Origin: a virus
Lineage: Duplodnaviria > Caudoviricetes
Virus record (IMG/VR): IMGVR_UViG_3300050336_000030
Direction: 5' to 3' (one strand)
DNA length: 64,000 bases
Shown here one piece after another: positions 51,545 through 61,231 of the stretch. Within the stretch, counting starts at the first letter, position 1. Each line of letters starts with the position of its first letter. The notes beneath the pieces are model-generated. The model was not told where the DNA came from. It saw only the letters and a list, made by a program, of their open reading frames with translations, and did no database searches. The translations under genes and the position numbers were made by a program.

Positions 51545-51742
51545 TTGGCAATAAATGATTTAGATAAAATGTTAAAAGTGTCTGACATTCAAAAACATCT
51601 TGGAATCAGTAGAAAGAAAGCTTATTCATTAGTTTCTTTAAAAGGATTTCCTAAAATACAAATAGGAAGAAATTTTTACATACCAGAAGAACAATACAAA
51701 AAATGGATAGATGAAAATTTAAAACATACTATTATTTTATAA
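51545..51742 (+). CDS. excisionase-like HTH protein
   Basis: L.V.D....LGISR..AY.L.....FP.I.IG; adjacent to attP. Confidence 0.8.
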   Translation: MAINDLDKMLKVSDIQKHLGISRKKAYSLVSLKGFPKIQIGRNFYIPEEQYKKWIDENLKHTIIL

Positions 51743-51748
51743 TAAATT

Positions 51749-51781
51749 AGGGGTAGCATTTAGCTACCCTTTTCTTTTTTT
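51749..51781 (+). terminator. intrinsic terminator (likely bidirectional)
   Basis: GGGTAGC-attta-GCTACCC followed by a T-run. Confidence 0.7.
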
Positions 51782-51785
51782 ATTA

Positions 51786-51858
51786 AGCTGAAAAAGGGAC
51801 TTGAACCCTCGACCTACGCATTACGAGTGCGTCGCTCTACCATCTGAGCTATTTCAGC
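51786..51858 (-). tRNA. tRNA-Thr(CGT), CCA not encoded
   Basis: GCTGAAA...TAGCTCAGATGGTAGAGC, anticodon arm ACGCA-CTCGTAA-TGCGT, T arm GAGGG-TTCAAGT-CCCTT, ...TTCAGC-T. Confidence 0.92.
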
Positions 51859-51879
51859 ATATTCAATTATAAATCTAAT

Positions 51880-52165
51880 TAGGGTAGAAAATAAGGTAGA
51901 CAAACTTATAAGAAAGCCTAAACCTATTGATTTTACTACGAATGTTAAGAAGATAATACTTTCATTACGAGTGAATAGTTTATGGAATTTATTTTATATA
52001 TACAATGTACTATTTACATTGAAAACACAGTGATTATGCATAATATAACAGTTCTACATTCAAAAACATATACTATTAAGTGATACTTAATTATATCGAA
52101 TTATATTACATATAGGGTAGAAACAGGGTAGAAAAATAGTAGATAATATAAAACTAGGGTAGAAA
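51880..52165. other. attP: core TTCATTACGAGTGAA (51961-51975) with TAGGGTAGAAA arm repeats
   Basis: Arm-type repeats at 51880, 51892, 52113, 52124, 52155 flank a core identical to a tRNA-Thr(CGT) anticodon arm; lies between xis and int. Confidence 0.75.
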
Positions 52166-52235
52166 AATATTTTTGCTTATGGTATAATATAATTATAGCT
52201 TGTCCACTGTATTTTGTAAATAGGGAGATGAAAGT

Positions 52236-53453
52236 ATGCCAGCAAAAAGAAGAAAAAATGGTGAAGGTTCATGGGGAGAAAAAAAGATTAAAGGAGTGGT
52301 TTATAAATATTTTAGAAAACAATATAACGATGTCGATAAATACTTTTATGGAAAAACTGAAAAAGAAATCAAAGAAAAAATTAAAGCATATGAAAACGAT
52401 AACTCAATTGTAATTGACAAAGATATTAAGAAACAAATATTTGGAGACTACTTATTAAATTGGTTAAAGACTATTAAACAACCTGCTATTAAACGTAGAA
52501 CATATGATAGTTACGAAGATATAATTAACGTACAAATCATAAACTATAAAGGATTTGATATATCTGGTAAACAAATAGCAACATTAAGCGATGACATGTT
52601 TCAAAAATATTATAATGATTTAGCTTCTAAATATTCAAGGGCAACTATAAGAAAAAATTACGTAATAGTCAAACAATGTCTAGACTATGCCCTTGATAAG
52701 AAACATATACTAGAAAACTATTTAGAAAAAGTAACTATACCATCTGAGGATCTTGTAAAAGTTAAGAAGAAAGAAATCCAATTTCTAACTGAATCAGATA
52801 TGAATAAATTGTACGAAGAATCTAAACGAGTTAACACAGAGGGATTTAATTTTGGTGGTAAGATAGGAGAGCCCGTATATGGAATTAATGCATATGCAGT
52901 AGTTCTTATAATGTACACTGGAATGAGAATTGGCGAAGCAACAGCATTAAAATGGGCAGATATAGATTTAGAAAATAAGTTTTTATACGTTAAAAAAAGT
53001 ATTTCTTCTATAAAAAATCGAGACAAAAAAACCGAAGATGATCCTAAGTATATTAAAGAGGAAACAAGTGTTAAAACTAAATCTGGATATAGAGCCATAC
53101 CATTGTCAGAACGTGCTATTGAAATGATTAATATATTAAGTGAGAAAAATCCAAACCATAAACCAAATGATAATGTATTCATTAATAAAAATGGGAATAT
53201 GGTTAATCGTGCCAATGTTACAAGAACATTAAAAGCTATGCTTACCAGAGCTGAATGTGAAGTATCGGAATGTGGATTACATGCACTTCGTCATACTTTT
53301 GGTAGTTATTTAATATTACACAAAATTGATATTAAAGTGGTGTCTCAAATATTAGGACATAAAGATGTTACCGTCACATACAATATTTATGTTCATTTAA
53401 TTGAACAGCAAATGATTGAAGCTGCTAATGTATTTGATAAAATCAAAATATAA
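52236..53453 (+). CDS. int: tyrosine integrase
   Basis: TGMRIGE; K; HALRHT; LGH; Y.H; N-terminal RRKNGEGS arm-binding region. Confidence 0.93.
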   Translation: MPAKRRKNGEGSWGEKKIKGVVYKYFRKQYNDVDKYFYGKTEKEIKEKIKAYENDNSIVIDKDIKKQIFGDYLLNWLKTIKQPAIKRRTYDSYEDIINVQIINYKGFDISGKQIATLSDDMFQKYYNDLASKYSRATIRKNYVIVKQCLDYALDKKHILENYLEKVTIPSEDLVKVKKKEIQFLTESDMNKLYEESKRVNTEGFNFGGKIGEPVYGINAYAVVLIMYTGMRIGEATALKWADIDLENKFLYVKKSISSIKNRDKKTEDDPKYIKEETSVKTKSGYRAIPLSERAIEMINILSEKNPNHKPNDNVFINKNGNMVNRANVTRTLKAMLTRAECEVSECGLHALRHTFGSYLILHKIDIKVVSQILGHKDVTVTYNIYVHLIEQQMIEAANVFDKIKI

Positions 53454-53509
53454 GTCGTAAAAAAATAAGGAGTAGAATTATTTCATCTACTCCTTAAATA
53501 TTTTACGAC
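53454..53509. terminator. bidirectional terminator between the convergent arms
   Basis: TAAGGAGTAGA...TCTACTCCTTA, extended by GTCGTAAAA/TTTTACGAC. Confidence 0.7.
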
Positions 53510-53663
53510 TGTGACACATACGGTCATAAAGCAAAATACGCTTTATTCCCTTATTCTCCGGCTAAAAAACATAGCCGTCGAAAATAAAATTTGTCTAATT
53601 AAACGTGCTAATATAAATAATATAATGTATAAATATAATATTAACATGTATAAATAGACAAAT

Positions 53664-54710
53664 TTATAATTTAACCAACTTTTCAGCTATTTTTCTTTGA
53701 ATCGAAATATACGAGCTGTTTGGAACATAAACATTAACACAATCCAATGGAAGTATGCCTATTTCTACACCATTATTAATGCATAATTTATCATATTCTT
53801 CTTGGAATTTATTTAACAGATTAGCATGATGAGTTTCTGCATTCTGGTTTATTGCATCGACAACTTTATTATTTAGTTCAATCTTTTGTTGCATTTGCAA
53901 CAGTTGTTTTTCTGTTCTAGGAATTGCATCTATTATATTTTCTTTTTTGTATATCAATCGATAATATATACAAGTTTCATCCCATTGAAATTCATCGTAT
54001 AATTTATCTCTCAGTATTTCATAAAACTTTTCAGTTTGATGATAGAAATAAATATCTCTCAATGAATCATATTTTTCAGGTTTGTCTTCGTCAAATCCCA
54101 TTTGTTTCATAACTTCATATTTTATAGCAGTAAAATTTCTTATTTCATCTTCATCAGCTACCCATTTTTCAGACTTACCTGTTTCTTTATTAATAGCTTT
54201 GATATGTAATTCTTGATGCCAATTTAATAAACACCTTCTCTGCAAATTATTTAATGCACTAAAAAGTATTCTATCTAAAATACGGTATGCCCTACCATCA
54301 AATTCATCGATGTCACGTTGTTTAAATTCTTTGTTTTTGACAAGCAGAGTCCTATAATATTTATCAATATAATTTTTAGAAACTATTCCAAGTTTTAACA
54401 TTAGATAATTCTTTGTACAAACAAGAGTTTGATTTACTTCTTGTGATAATAGGTAAAGCAAAATTGTTTCAATATATTTTATATAAATGGCATTATTACC
54501 TTTGTTTCTTTTATCTAATTTTTCCATAGGAACTTCATACACATCCTCAATTATATATTTATGACCTTGTTTTCTATATTTAAAATATCTTTCCCAATCT
54601 TTAATTTGAGATTTTTTAGATTCACCAGTCTTTTCTTTTTCATTTAACAACAAACATAATTCTTTATAGTTTTTTACGATTAAACCATTACATATACTGT
54701 CTAATAACAT
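53664..54710 (-). CDS. phage DNA-binding/replication-initiator-like hypothetical protein
   Basis: KNYKELC.LL.E....G.SK..Q...W..YF motif; AGGAGG RBS; long inverted repeat at its 3' end. Confidence 0.55.
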   Translation of the reverse strand: MLLDSICNGLIVKNYKELCLLLNEKEKTGESKKSQIKDWERYFKYRKQGHKYIIEDVYEVPMEKLDKRNKGNNAIYIKYIETILLYLLSQEVNQTLVCTKNYLMLKLGIVSKNYIDKYYRTLLVKNKEFKQRDIDEFDGRAYRILDRILFSALNNLQRRCLLNWHQELHIKAINKETGKSEKWVADEDEIRNFTAIKYEVMKQMGFDEDKPEKYDSLRDIYFYHQTEKFYEILRDKLYDEFQWDETCIYYRLIYKKENIIDAIPRTEKQLLQMQQKIELNNKVVDAINQNAETHHANLLNKFQEEYDKLCINNGVEIGILPLDCVNVYVPNSSYISIQRKIAEKLVKL

Positions 54711-54742
54711 GTATTCCTCCTTAAAGTTTTCCAATAAAAAAC

Positions 54743-54970
54743 CTAGGATTTTCTCCTAGGACTATTCGCTTCCCATATTTTAAGGGAATTTAAAAAATTA
54801 ACATTCTTATGAAATAACCAAAATTTTTTATTTGTGTTTGGATCAATAGCTATCAATAAATATTTGCATCCTTGGTTTAATGCAAACTTCATTAAATTTG
54901 CAGAATAACACCTATAAAGCATATCGTTAGTTATAATAACGTCTTCGCTAATATTAATCATTCCTTTCAA
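54743..54970 (-). CDS. small hypothetical protein (DUF5659-like)
   Basis: CYS.NL..F....G.......P.T...FW.F. Confidence 0.55.
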   Translation of the reverse strand: MKGMINISEDVIITNDMLYRCYSANLMKFALNQGCKYLLIAIDPNTNKKFWLFHKNVNFLNSLKIWEANSPRRKS

Positions 54971-55217
54971 TTTAAATTAAATTTTCATAAAATGCCCAAT
55001 GAGTTCCATAGGTTGACGATTTAAGTCCTTTACAACATTTCAGAATATCTTCTATATAAAGGCTTTCGCTATGGCTTGCGTCGCTCACATCATTAAATAT
55101 TTCTCCCGTATCCAAACATACAACTTTAACGTTTTCTCGCATTAAATTTCCTTTCTAAATTAAAAAAGAGTAGCCAACAATAAAGTAAGCTACTCTCCAT
55201 AAAATATCTTTTCTATA

Positions 55218-55847
55218 TTAATAATTCTTAAGTAACTCTTTCAAAGCAATGGATCCTAATTTACCATTAGAACTCCATCCATTTTTATTTCTAAACAAAT
55301 TAACTGCATCAGTAGTTCTCTGTCCCCAATCACCATCAACAACTAACTTAACTTTTAAATCATTACCAAGATATTTATTCAATGCATTTTGAATCATCTT
55401 AGTAACAAAGGCATTATTATTTGCTTTTGAGTATTCATCTTCGGTAGTACTAACACCTTTAATCTGAAAATGAGGCGAGTCAGGAGAGGAAGACCAATTT
55501 GCACCTGCTTCAAAGCCGTATTTAGTCATAATAGATATAATCTTTAAAGTTTCTTTATCTTTAGAATTCCATATGGCTGTCATCTTACCATTTACACTTC
55601 TTTGTGGTATAACATCAACCGCATTTCTTAAGGTATGTATAGAATTTAAAGTCCATGTTATTTTATTACCAGGAGCTGTTCTGCCTTGGGCATATAAATA
55701 ATTTTGTCTAGTTTGAGGTCTATAGGTTTCAACTAATAATGGATTAACCCCTTTTTCTTTTATCTCTGCAAAAGCCAAGTCTAATAAAGTAGCACATAAC
55801 GAATTAAGTTCTTTTTTATCTTTACAAGCTTCAGTTATATTTGACAT
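55218..55847 (-). CDS. endolysin: M15 L-Ala-D-Glu peptidase plus peptidoglycan-binding domain
   Basis: ETYR...RQ..LYAQGRT; S.H....AVD; D.PHFQ; VDG.WG..T. Confidence 0.88.
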   Translation of the reverse strand: MSNITEACKDKKELNSLCATLLDLAFAEIKEKGVNPLLVETYRPQTRQNYLYAQGRTAPGNKITWTLNSIHTLRNAVDVIPQRSVNGKMTAIWNSKDKETLKIISIMTKYGFEAGANWSSSPDSPHFQIKGVSTTEDEYSKANNNAFVTKMIQNALNKYLGNDLKVKLVVDGDWGQRTTDAVNLFRNKNGWSSNGKLGSIALKELLKNY

Positions 55848-55912
55848 ATTAATTACTTCCTTTCATAAAAATAGGGCAGTAGTGAACTGCCCATAGATTG
55901 TTATAACTTAAT

Positions 55913-56278
55913 TTATTTCACTGTAGTTCCAGAAACTCCGTTAACCAACTCATTAACTTTTTCATTTTCTGCTAATAGCTCTTTCATCTTATCTAATGCT
56001 TCGTCAACCCATAGACTAAAAGTTTCAAATGAAACAATCTTAGCAGCAACAGGAAACTTAGTCATAAATAAATCATAAACAATTCTTAATTTCAAAGTTC
56101 CAGTTCCACTTCCGAGTTCTTTTTCTGCTCGTGTTACTGCAAGTAATAACCATTCTTTGATTTTCGATACCTGTTCCGATGTCGGAAGTCCTGCAAATTT
56201 ATAAACTACAAAACCAGCTACGACTAAGATTGCAACAATAGCTACTAAAACTGACCAATTATTAATAAACCATTCCAT
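55913..56278 (-). CDS. holin (LL-H-like)
   Basis: N-terminal TM; AV..AE...GSG.G..K; adjacent to the endolysin. Confidence 0.7.
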   Translation of the reverse strand: MEWFINNWSVLVAIVAILVVAGFVVYKFAGLPTSEQVSKIKEWLLLAVTRAEKELGSGTGTLKLRIVYDLFMTKFPVAAKIVSFETFSLWVDEALDKMKELLAENEKVNELVNGVSGTTVK

Positions 56279-56336
56279 AATAAAATCCTCCTTAAATTAA
56301 AAAAGAACCTATAAACTAGGCTCAACAATAGTAAAA

Positions 56337-56657
56337 TCATTCACTTTGAATATCTTCATATATACTTTCTGTTAAATCTGATTTCAAGTTTTCGGTTATG
56401 TTTTCTTTAATAACTTCATTAGCATTTTCTTTATCGATTTCTTTTAAAAGCTGAATCTGGTGATCTGATTTGCTCATATTATAATAAAAGGCTCTAGCAA
56501 TTCCGTATGCCGTCCAACTTGCCAAACAAACCATACTTATGTCTTTATCAAATATAATTAAAATTAAAATATAAATAATCGTAAGTATCCAACATTCAAT
56601 ACGAGCATAATCACATAGTTTCTTACTATATGCGGTAAAAGTCTTTTCTTTTTTCAC
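56337..56657 (-). CDS. membrane protein, putative holin
   Basis: Two TM segments; in the lysis cluster. Confidence 0.55.
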   Translation of the reverse strand: MKKEKTFTAYSKKLCDYARIECWILTIIYILILIIFDKDISMVCLASWTAYGIARAFYYNMSKSDHQIQLLKEIDKENANEVIKENITENLKSDLTESIYEDIQSE

Positions 56658-56665
56658 AAAATCAC

Positions 56666-57064
56666 CTACTTTATAAATTGTTTAACTATTTCTATAATTG
56701 CATATATGAAGCCACCACTAAAAATAACAGGTAAAATTTTTGGTTTGATAATTTCATTCCATATGTCAATTTTGCCTTTAGAGTCAATATCATCAACTTT
56801 CTTTTTTACATCTGCAATTTGTTCATCCATTTTGGTAGTTAAATCTTTTTGCCCCTGTTTTACTTCAATAAGTGATTCTTTCATAGCACCCATATCTTGT
56901 GCAATTAATTTAACAGAGGTAGCAATATCATAAATAGCCTTTTGTTCATATCTAATTTCTTTTACCTCATCCTTTAATTCTTCAATTTGGTGAGTATTAC
57001 TTTTTGACCGCTCAACCACCTCTGTTAGTGTTATTAAATCTTTATCATCCATGTTACATTCCAC
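56666..57064 (-). CDS. XhlA-like coiled-coil protein with C-terminal TM
   Basis: ERSKSNTHQI.EL; C-terminal hydrophobic segment. Confidence 0.65.
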   Translation of the reverse strand: MECNMDDKDLITLTEVVERSKSNTHQIEELKDEVKEIRYEQKAIYDIATSVKLIAQDMGAMKESLIEVKQGQKDLTTKMDEQIADVKKKVDDIDSKGKIDIWNEIIKPKILPVIFSGGFIYAIIEIVKQFIK

Positions 57065-57366
57065 CTCATCCTTTCTTGTAATATAGATCGGAGTGTGCTA
57101 TAATATAGTTACACAAGCTCCATTTGTGTATGGGGACTAATTTGGTATTTAGGGTATTTGATTAGTCCCCAACCCTCATAAAAATGCATTAAAAAAGAGC
57201 CATTTAAGGCTCTATTATTTTTCATTTGTATTAACTACCTAATTAATATTAAACTGTCTTTAAACCTTGATTACACATCTAAAATCATTGATTATATGAC
57301 TAAAACCATTATGCATAAAACATCTCTTTTATCTTGAGCTGCGTCGCATTTTTTACCAATTGTGTA

Positions 57367-58953
57367 TTACCAGTATCCTAATTCATGGCCACGTTTATAA
57401 ACAAGTTTTCCAATTGCATCATATCCATAGTTATTATAATGAATATTACCAGAATCAATTCTAAGACTTGTTGGGACATATCCCGTTGCAATATCTGCTA
57501 AGTCTTGTGCTGTAGCAGTCAATCCCTCATCATTTAATCCATAACTTGACACGATTGTTTCTCCGTCATAAATTGGTGATGATAAATATTGTCTTAGGTT
57601 AATATAATGTCTACCAAACTCTTTATACATCAAGGTTTCGCGAGAGGATCCCTGTGATTCTGTTACGTTTGTTGTTCCTAAAATAAGGTATTTTTTTACA
57701 TTTGCGATATCTAGCATCTTTTTATGCTGATATATCAATTCTGCACTGTCTGCGAATCCTCCGTTTGTACCCATCCATATAATAGGAATATATGTACCTG
57801 TTAGTATCTGTGACGCGGGAATAAGCGATGAAGGACGATTTATAACCTTAGATGTTCCTGCTACTGACCTTGTAAAGTAATAAACTCCACTGCTATATGA
57901 TAAAACTCCTTGAATGTCTTCTATAAAGCATGGATTTATACCTTTTACACCGGATGAATCTTGTAATAATGGGGCTACCGTCCCACCGTCATCAGACAAT
58001 AATGTTACTGCTACTGATGTAGTCCCTGCAGGAATTGTTATTCCGGGCTGTACAATATATAGCATTCCACCTTGTCTGCCAGAAATGGTTTTTGTTGTTT
58101 CTCCCCCAACTCCGTAATTTAAAACTTCGTAATTACTTCCTAATAAGTTTTGCAAAACTGTAGGATATGGAGTATATCCGTCTCCCATAGTTAAACTATC
58201 GCCCCAACAGATAACTTTCTTTATTGTATCATCTAATGATTCTATGGGTATGCACTTTAAAGTTGTAAGAGTTTGTTTTCCATATGGTGCATATGGAAGT
58301 AATATATCGCCTTTATTAAACATAATATTTATTCCGATGTTAACCGTTGCAATTTTTAATCTTATTTTCCTAACCGTACTATTGCTTGACAGTGTTAATA
58401 TCCCGTTAGTATTTGTAGTATAGGAAATATAATTACCTGTTTCACCATAATATAATATTGCAGTTATTGGATTTGCAACACCTAAATAGGTGTATTTATA
58501 CGTTATTCCTGCTTCAACTGGTATAAAATCAGATGCATACCATGAAGAACTTATGCTTAATTCTCCTGTGGTTGTACTTAACGATCCCGACACAGTAGTT
58601 GATTTATCGTATAAATTTTTTGATTTTTCAAAAAATGTAGTTTTTTCTTCTGTAATGCTATTGTCGGTTATCCCAGTTCCGTTGGCTTGTATATTTGTAC
58701 TTATCCATCCGTTATTGTAAGTGTAAATCATTCCATCTTCCAATACGGAATGATTATATATGTCTCCAGTAGGATAAGCTGTTTGTAACAATGCTAAAGT
58801 ATTATAACTTTCTTTATAAGACAAACTAACCTGTTGTAGCTCGTCTTTTGTCGCCTTAGAAGCCAATTCCGACGAAACTTTTTGTAAATTTTCTGGTACT
58901 AATCGTTCTAAATTTTTATTTATATTTCTAACTAAAATATCTGATAAACCCAT
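57367..58953 (-). CDS. tail-associated SGNH/GDSL hydrolase
   Basis: CWGDSLT; GVGG; GTN; D...IH.N..GY. Confidence 0.8.
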   Translation of the reverse strand: MGLSDILVRNINKNLERLVPENLQKVSSELASKATKDELQQVSLSYKESYNTLALLQTAYPTGDIYNHSVLEDGMIYTYNNGWISTNIQANGTGITDNSITEEKTTFFEKSKNLYDKSTTVSGSLSTTTGELSISSSWYASDFIPVEAGITYKYTYLGVANPITAILYYGETGNYISYTTNTNGILTLSSNSTVRKIRLKIATVNIGINIMFNKGDILLPYAPYGKQTLTTLKCIPIESLDDTIKKVICWGDSLTMGDGYTPYPTVLQNLLGSNYEVLNYGVGGETTKTISGRQGGMLYIVQPGITIPAGTTSVAVTLLSDDGGTVAPLLQDSSGVKGINPCFIEDIQGVLSYSSGVYYFTRSVAGTSKVINRPSSLIPASQILTGTYIPIIWMGTNGGFADSAELIYQHKKMLDIANVKKYLILGTTNVTESQGSSRETLMYKEFGRHYINLRQYLSSPIYDGETIVSSYGLNDEGLTATAQDLADIATGYVPTSLRIDSGNIHYNNYGYDAIGKLVYKRGHELGYW

Positions 58954-58965
58954 GATTCACCTCCT

Positions 58966-59298
58966 TTATCCAACTAATCTACCAATAACTGTAACTGTTC
59001 CAGAAACGCTTACTAATTTTACCCTTATGTAACTCCAACCAATTAAATCGGTTTGCCAAGTATTAAATGTATTTAGTTGTGTAGACACTTCAAGTGTTTT
59101 TAAATCACCTGCACAAATTTCATCCCAATCGCTTTTATATGATGTTTTACCCTCTATAGTAGCCAAAAATGCACCAGTACCTATAAAATCTATATTTATG
59201 GTTGATGCATCAGATGTAATCATATATTCCAATCCTACAGATGGAGAAGTTGCATTTGTGTGAAATTCAACTTCAGCTATCGAACGATTTCCTGCCAT
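58966..59298 (-). CDS. hypothetical tail-region protein
   Basis: Beta-rich, with RBS. Confidence 0.6.
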   Translation of the reverse strand: MAGNRSIAEVEFHTNATSPSVGLEYMITSDASTINIDFIGTGAFLATIEGKTSYKSDWDEICAGDLKTLEVSTQLNTFNTWQTDLIGWSYIRVKLVSVSGTVTVIGRLVG

Positions 59299-59310
59299 AA
59301 TATCCCTCCT

Positions 59311-60537
59311 TTATGATATTGTTGTTTCATAAGTTGATAGGTTATACGTAAACGTAACTGACTCACCTGTGTTCATGGTTCTTACCTCAGTTACAATATC
59401 TCCGTTATATGTATAAACGTCTTCTCTGATAATTACATTGTTTAAATCTACATGTTGTATTTTTTGTATGGTATCATCGGTATTTAAAATTGTAGTTTGT
59501 GTTGTATTCCTTAAATAATCTTGAGTAAGAGAGAAGTCTAAGTCTTTTAATGTTTGTGTTGCTTCGAGCTGAAAAGTTTGATACCATGATGGTACTGGAT
59601 TTTCAGGTGTTCCGTCTACTTTTAGATTTTCGATTACATCAAATTGAGCAGCTTTAGATTGCAGAATATAAAATTCACCTAATTCGTTATACCCAATAAC
59701 TTCTAAAGCAAACGATACTTTTCCATCTTTTGAAGCAACATGATCTGTCATAAGCCAATTGAAAGATAGAGTAGTATCATCAATGGTTAAATTACAAATT
59801 CGTGATCTATCACCTTCACCATATTCATTTATAAACTTTATACATATCGTTTTAGTTGAAATATCAATACCATCTATGAATCTAGGGGTCTGAAATGGTA
59901 CAATTCTCGACCTTGTATCTTGTTGAACCAAATCGGTTTTTATAGTTATTGGAAATATTAAATCTCTATCTACAAGAGTAATTGGTGCATCTAATGAATA
60001 CATTTCGCTGTATACTGTAGAATTATCATTGTTATTATAAAACGCTATATCATATGTATAATCACTTCCCGTGGCATTTGAACCGACTGAAAATGTAGGC
60101 AACACAGCAAATGTAGTTTCTCTCGTTTGCCACCTATAAATCGTTGAATATGAATTAACGGTATAGAAATCAACCTTTATTTTTACATTTCCACTATATA
60201 CTGATACTTCGCTTGGAATAGTCCAAAGAAATGAGAGAGTAGTTTCATCTGTTGTAAATTGAGATATATTGGTATAACCTTTCATATTAATTGAATTTAC
60301 ATAACATACCCTGATTGTTTTTTGTGATAAATCAACTCCATCATAATACCTACTAAAACTAAATTTTATAATTCGGCTATTTGTATCGCCCTGTACGGTT
60401 ACAATGGTATTAAGTGGTATGTTAATAGTTCTATTTATTACAGTAAATGTGGTATAATCTGTTGAAACTGAAGTCAAGGAAGTACTTTCAGTTGTAGAAA
60501 GAATATTTAATGCTTCTTCATAATTAGTTGCGCTCAT
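59311..60537 (-). CDS. tail/baseplate protein with two BppU-like repeats
   Basis: QGDT.SR...F...R..DG.DLS occurs twice. Confidence 0.65.
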   Translation of the reverse strand: MSATNYEEALNILSTTESTSLTSVSTDYTTFTVINRTINIPLNTIVTVQGDTNSRIIKFSFSRYYDGVDLSQKTIRVCYVNSINMKGYTNISQFTTDETTLSFLWTIPSEVSVYSGNVKIKVDFYTVNSYSTIYRWQTRETTFAVLPTFSVGSNATGSDYTYDIAFYNNNDNSTVYSEMYSLDAPITLVDRDLIFPITIKTDLVQQDTRSRIVPFQTPRFIDGIDISTKTICIKFINEYGEGDRSRICNLTIDDTTLSFNWLMTDHVASKDGKVSFALEVIGYNELGEFYILQSKAAQFDVIENLKVDGTPENPVPSWYQTFQLEATQTLKDLDFSLTQDYLRNTTQTTILNTDDTIQKIQHVDLNNVIIREDVYTYNGDIVTEVRTMNTGESVTFTYNLSTYETTIS

Positions 60538-61081
60538 TTATTCTCACCTCGATTTCTTCCATATCCTTTAACATTTGTGTCACTAATTTAGCCACTTCTA
60601 ATGTCTTATTATACTTATCTGTAATTTGAGCCAATTTTTGAGTAAATTCAAAATTATATTGTTCCATTTTTACTTCATGCAATTCTATTAAAGATAATTG
60701 AGAATCAGTTAAATAATCCGAAATCTTTAAATGTGATGAAATAAGAATAGTAGTAGTACCAGACTTAATTAAAATTCCGTTTGTATCAACGATTTCAATC
60801 CAAACAGTTATATCCCCGACACTTTCAGTCATCTTTATTGGAATAGGAATATTATATTGAAGATAACCTGACCGACACTCATTAAGTTTTGTTGCCAATA
60901 TAATATCGCCCTGGTTTATACTATTAATCCAATTAAAATTAATTGAATAATTTTCAAGCGAATAATTGTTATAAACTTGCGGTAATAATAATGTGAGAGA
61001 TTCACCTGATTCACCAACATAAATCTCATTTGTTATAGTCTTTCGCAATGATTTATCATCATTCATTATTATGGTAATCAT
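60524..61081 (-). CDS. BppU-like tail protein
   Basis: AGGAGG RBS before MITII; T...G motif. Confidence 0.6.
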   Translation of the reverse strand: MITIIMNDDKSLRKTITNEIYVGESGESLTLLLPQVYNNYSLENYSINFNWINSINQGDIILATKLNECRSGYLQYNIPIPIKMTESVGDITVWIEIVDTNGILIKSGTTTILISSHLKISDYLTDSQLSLIELHEVKMEQYNFEFTQKLAQITDKYNKTLEVAKLVTQMLKDMEEIEVRINERN

Positions 61082-61231
61082 GAATACCTCCTTTCTAAAA
61101 ATAAGCATAAAAATAACACGAATTATTAGCATAAAAGTACAATCAATACTAGTAATTCGTGTTATAAAACTCTGTAAATACAATATTAAGTTGTTAAATT
61201 TCTTGATAAAACACCGAATTTATGCTATATA

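Noticed and set aside
923-53215. Many minus-strand ORFs within the plus-strand arm (e.g. 35430-35900, 47742-48119, 52718-53215) and plus-strand ORFs in the tail arm
   Set aside because: Antisense shadows of real genes; no RBS and low-complexity I/L/S/F composition
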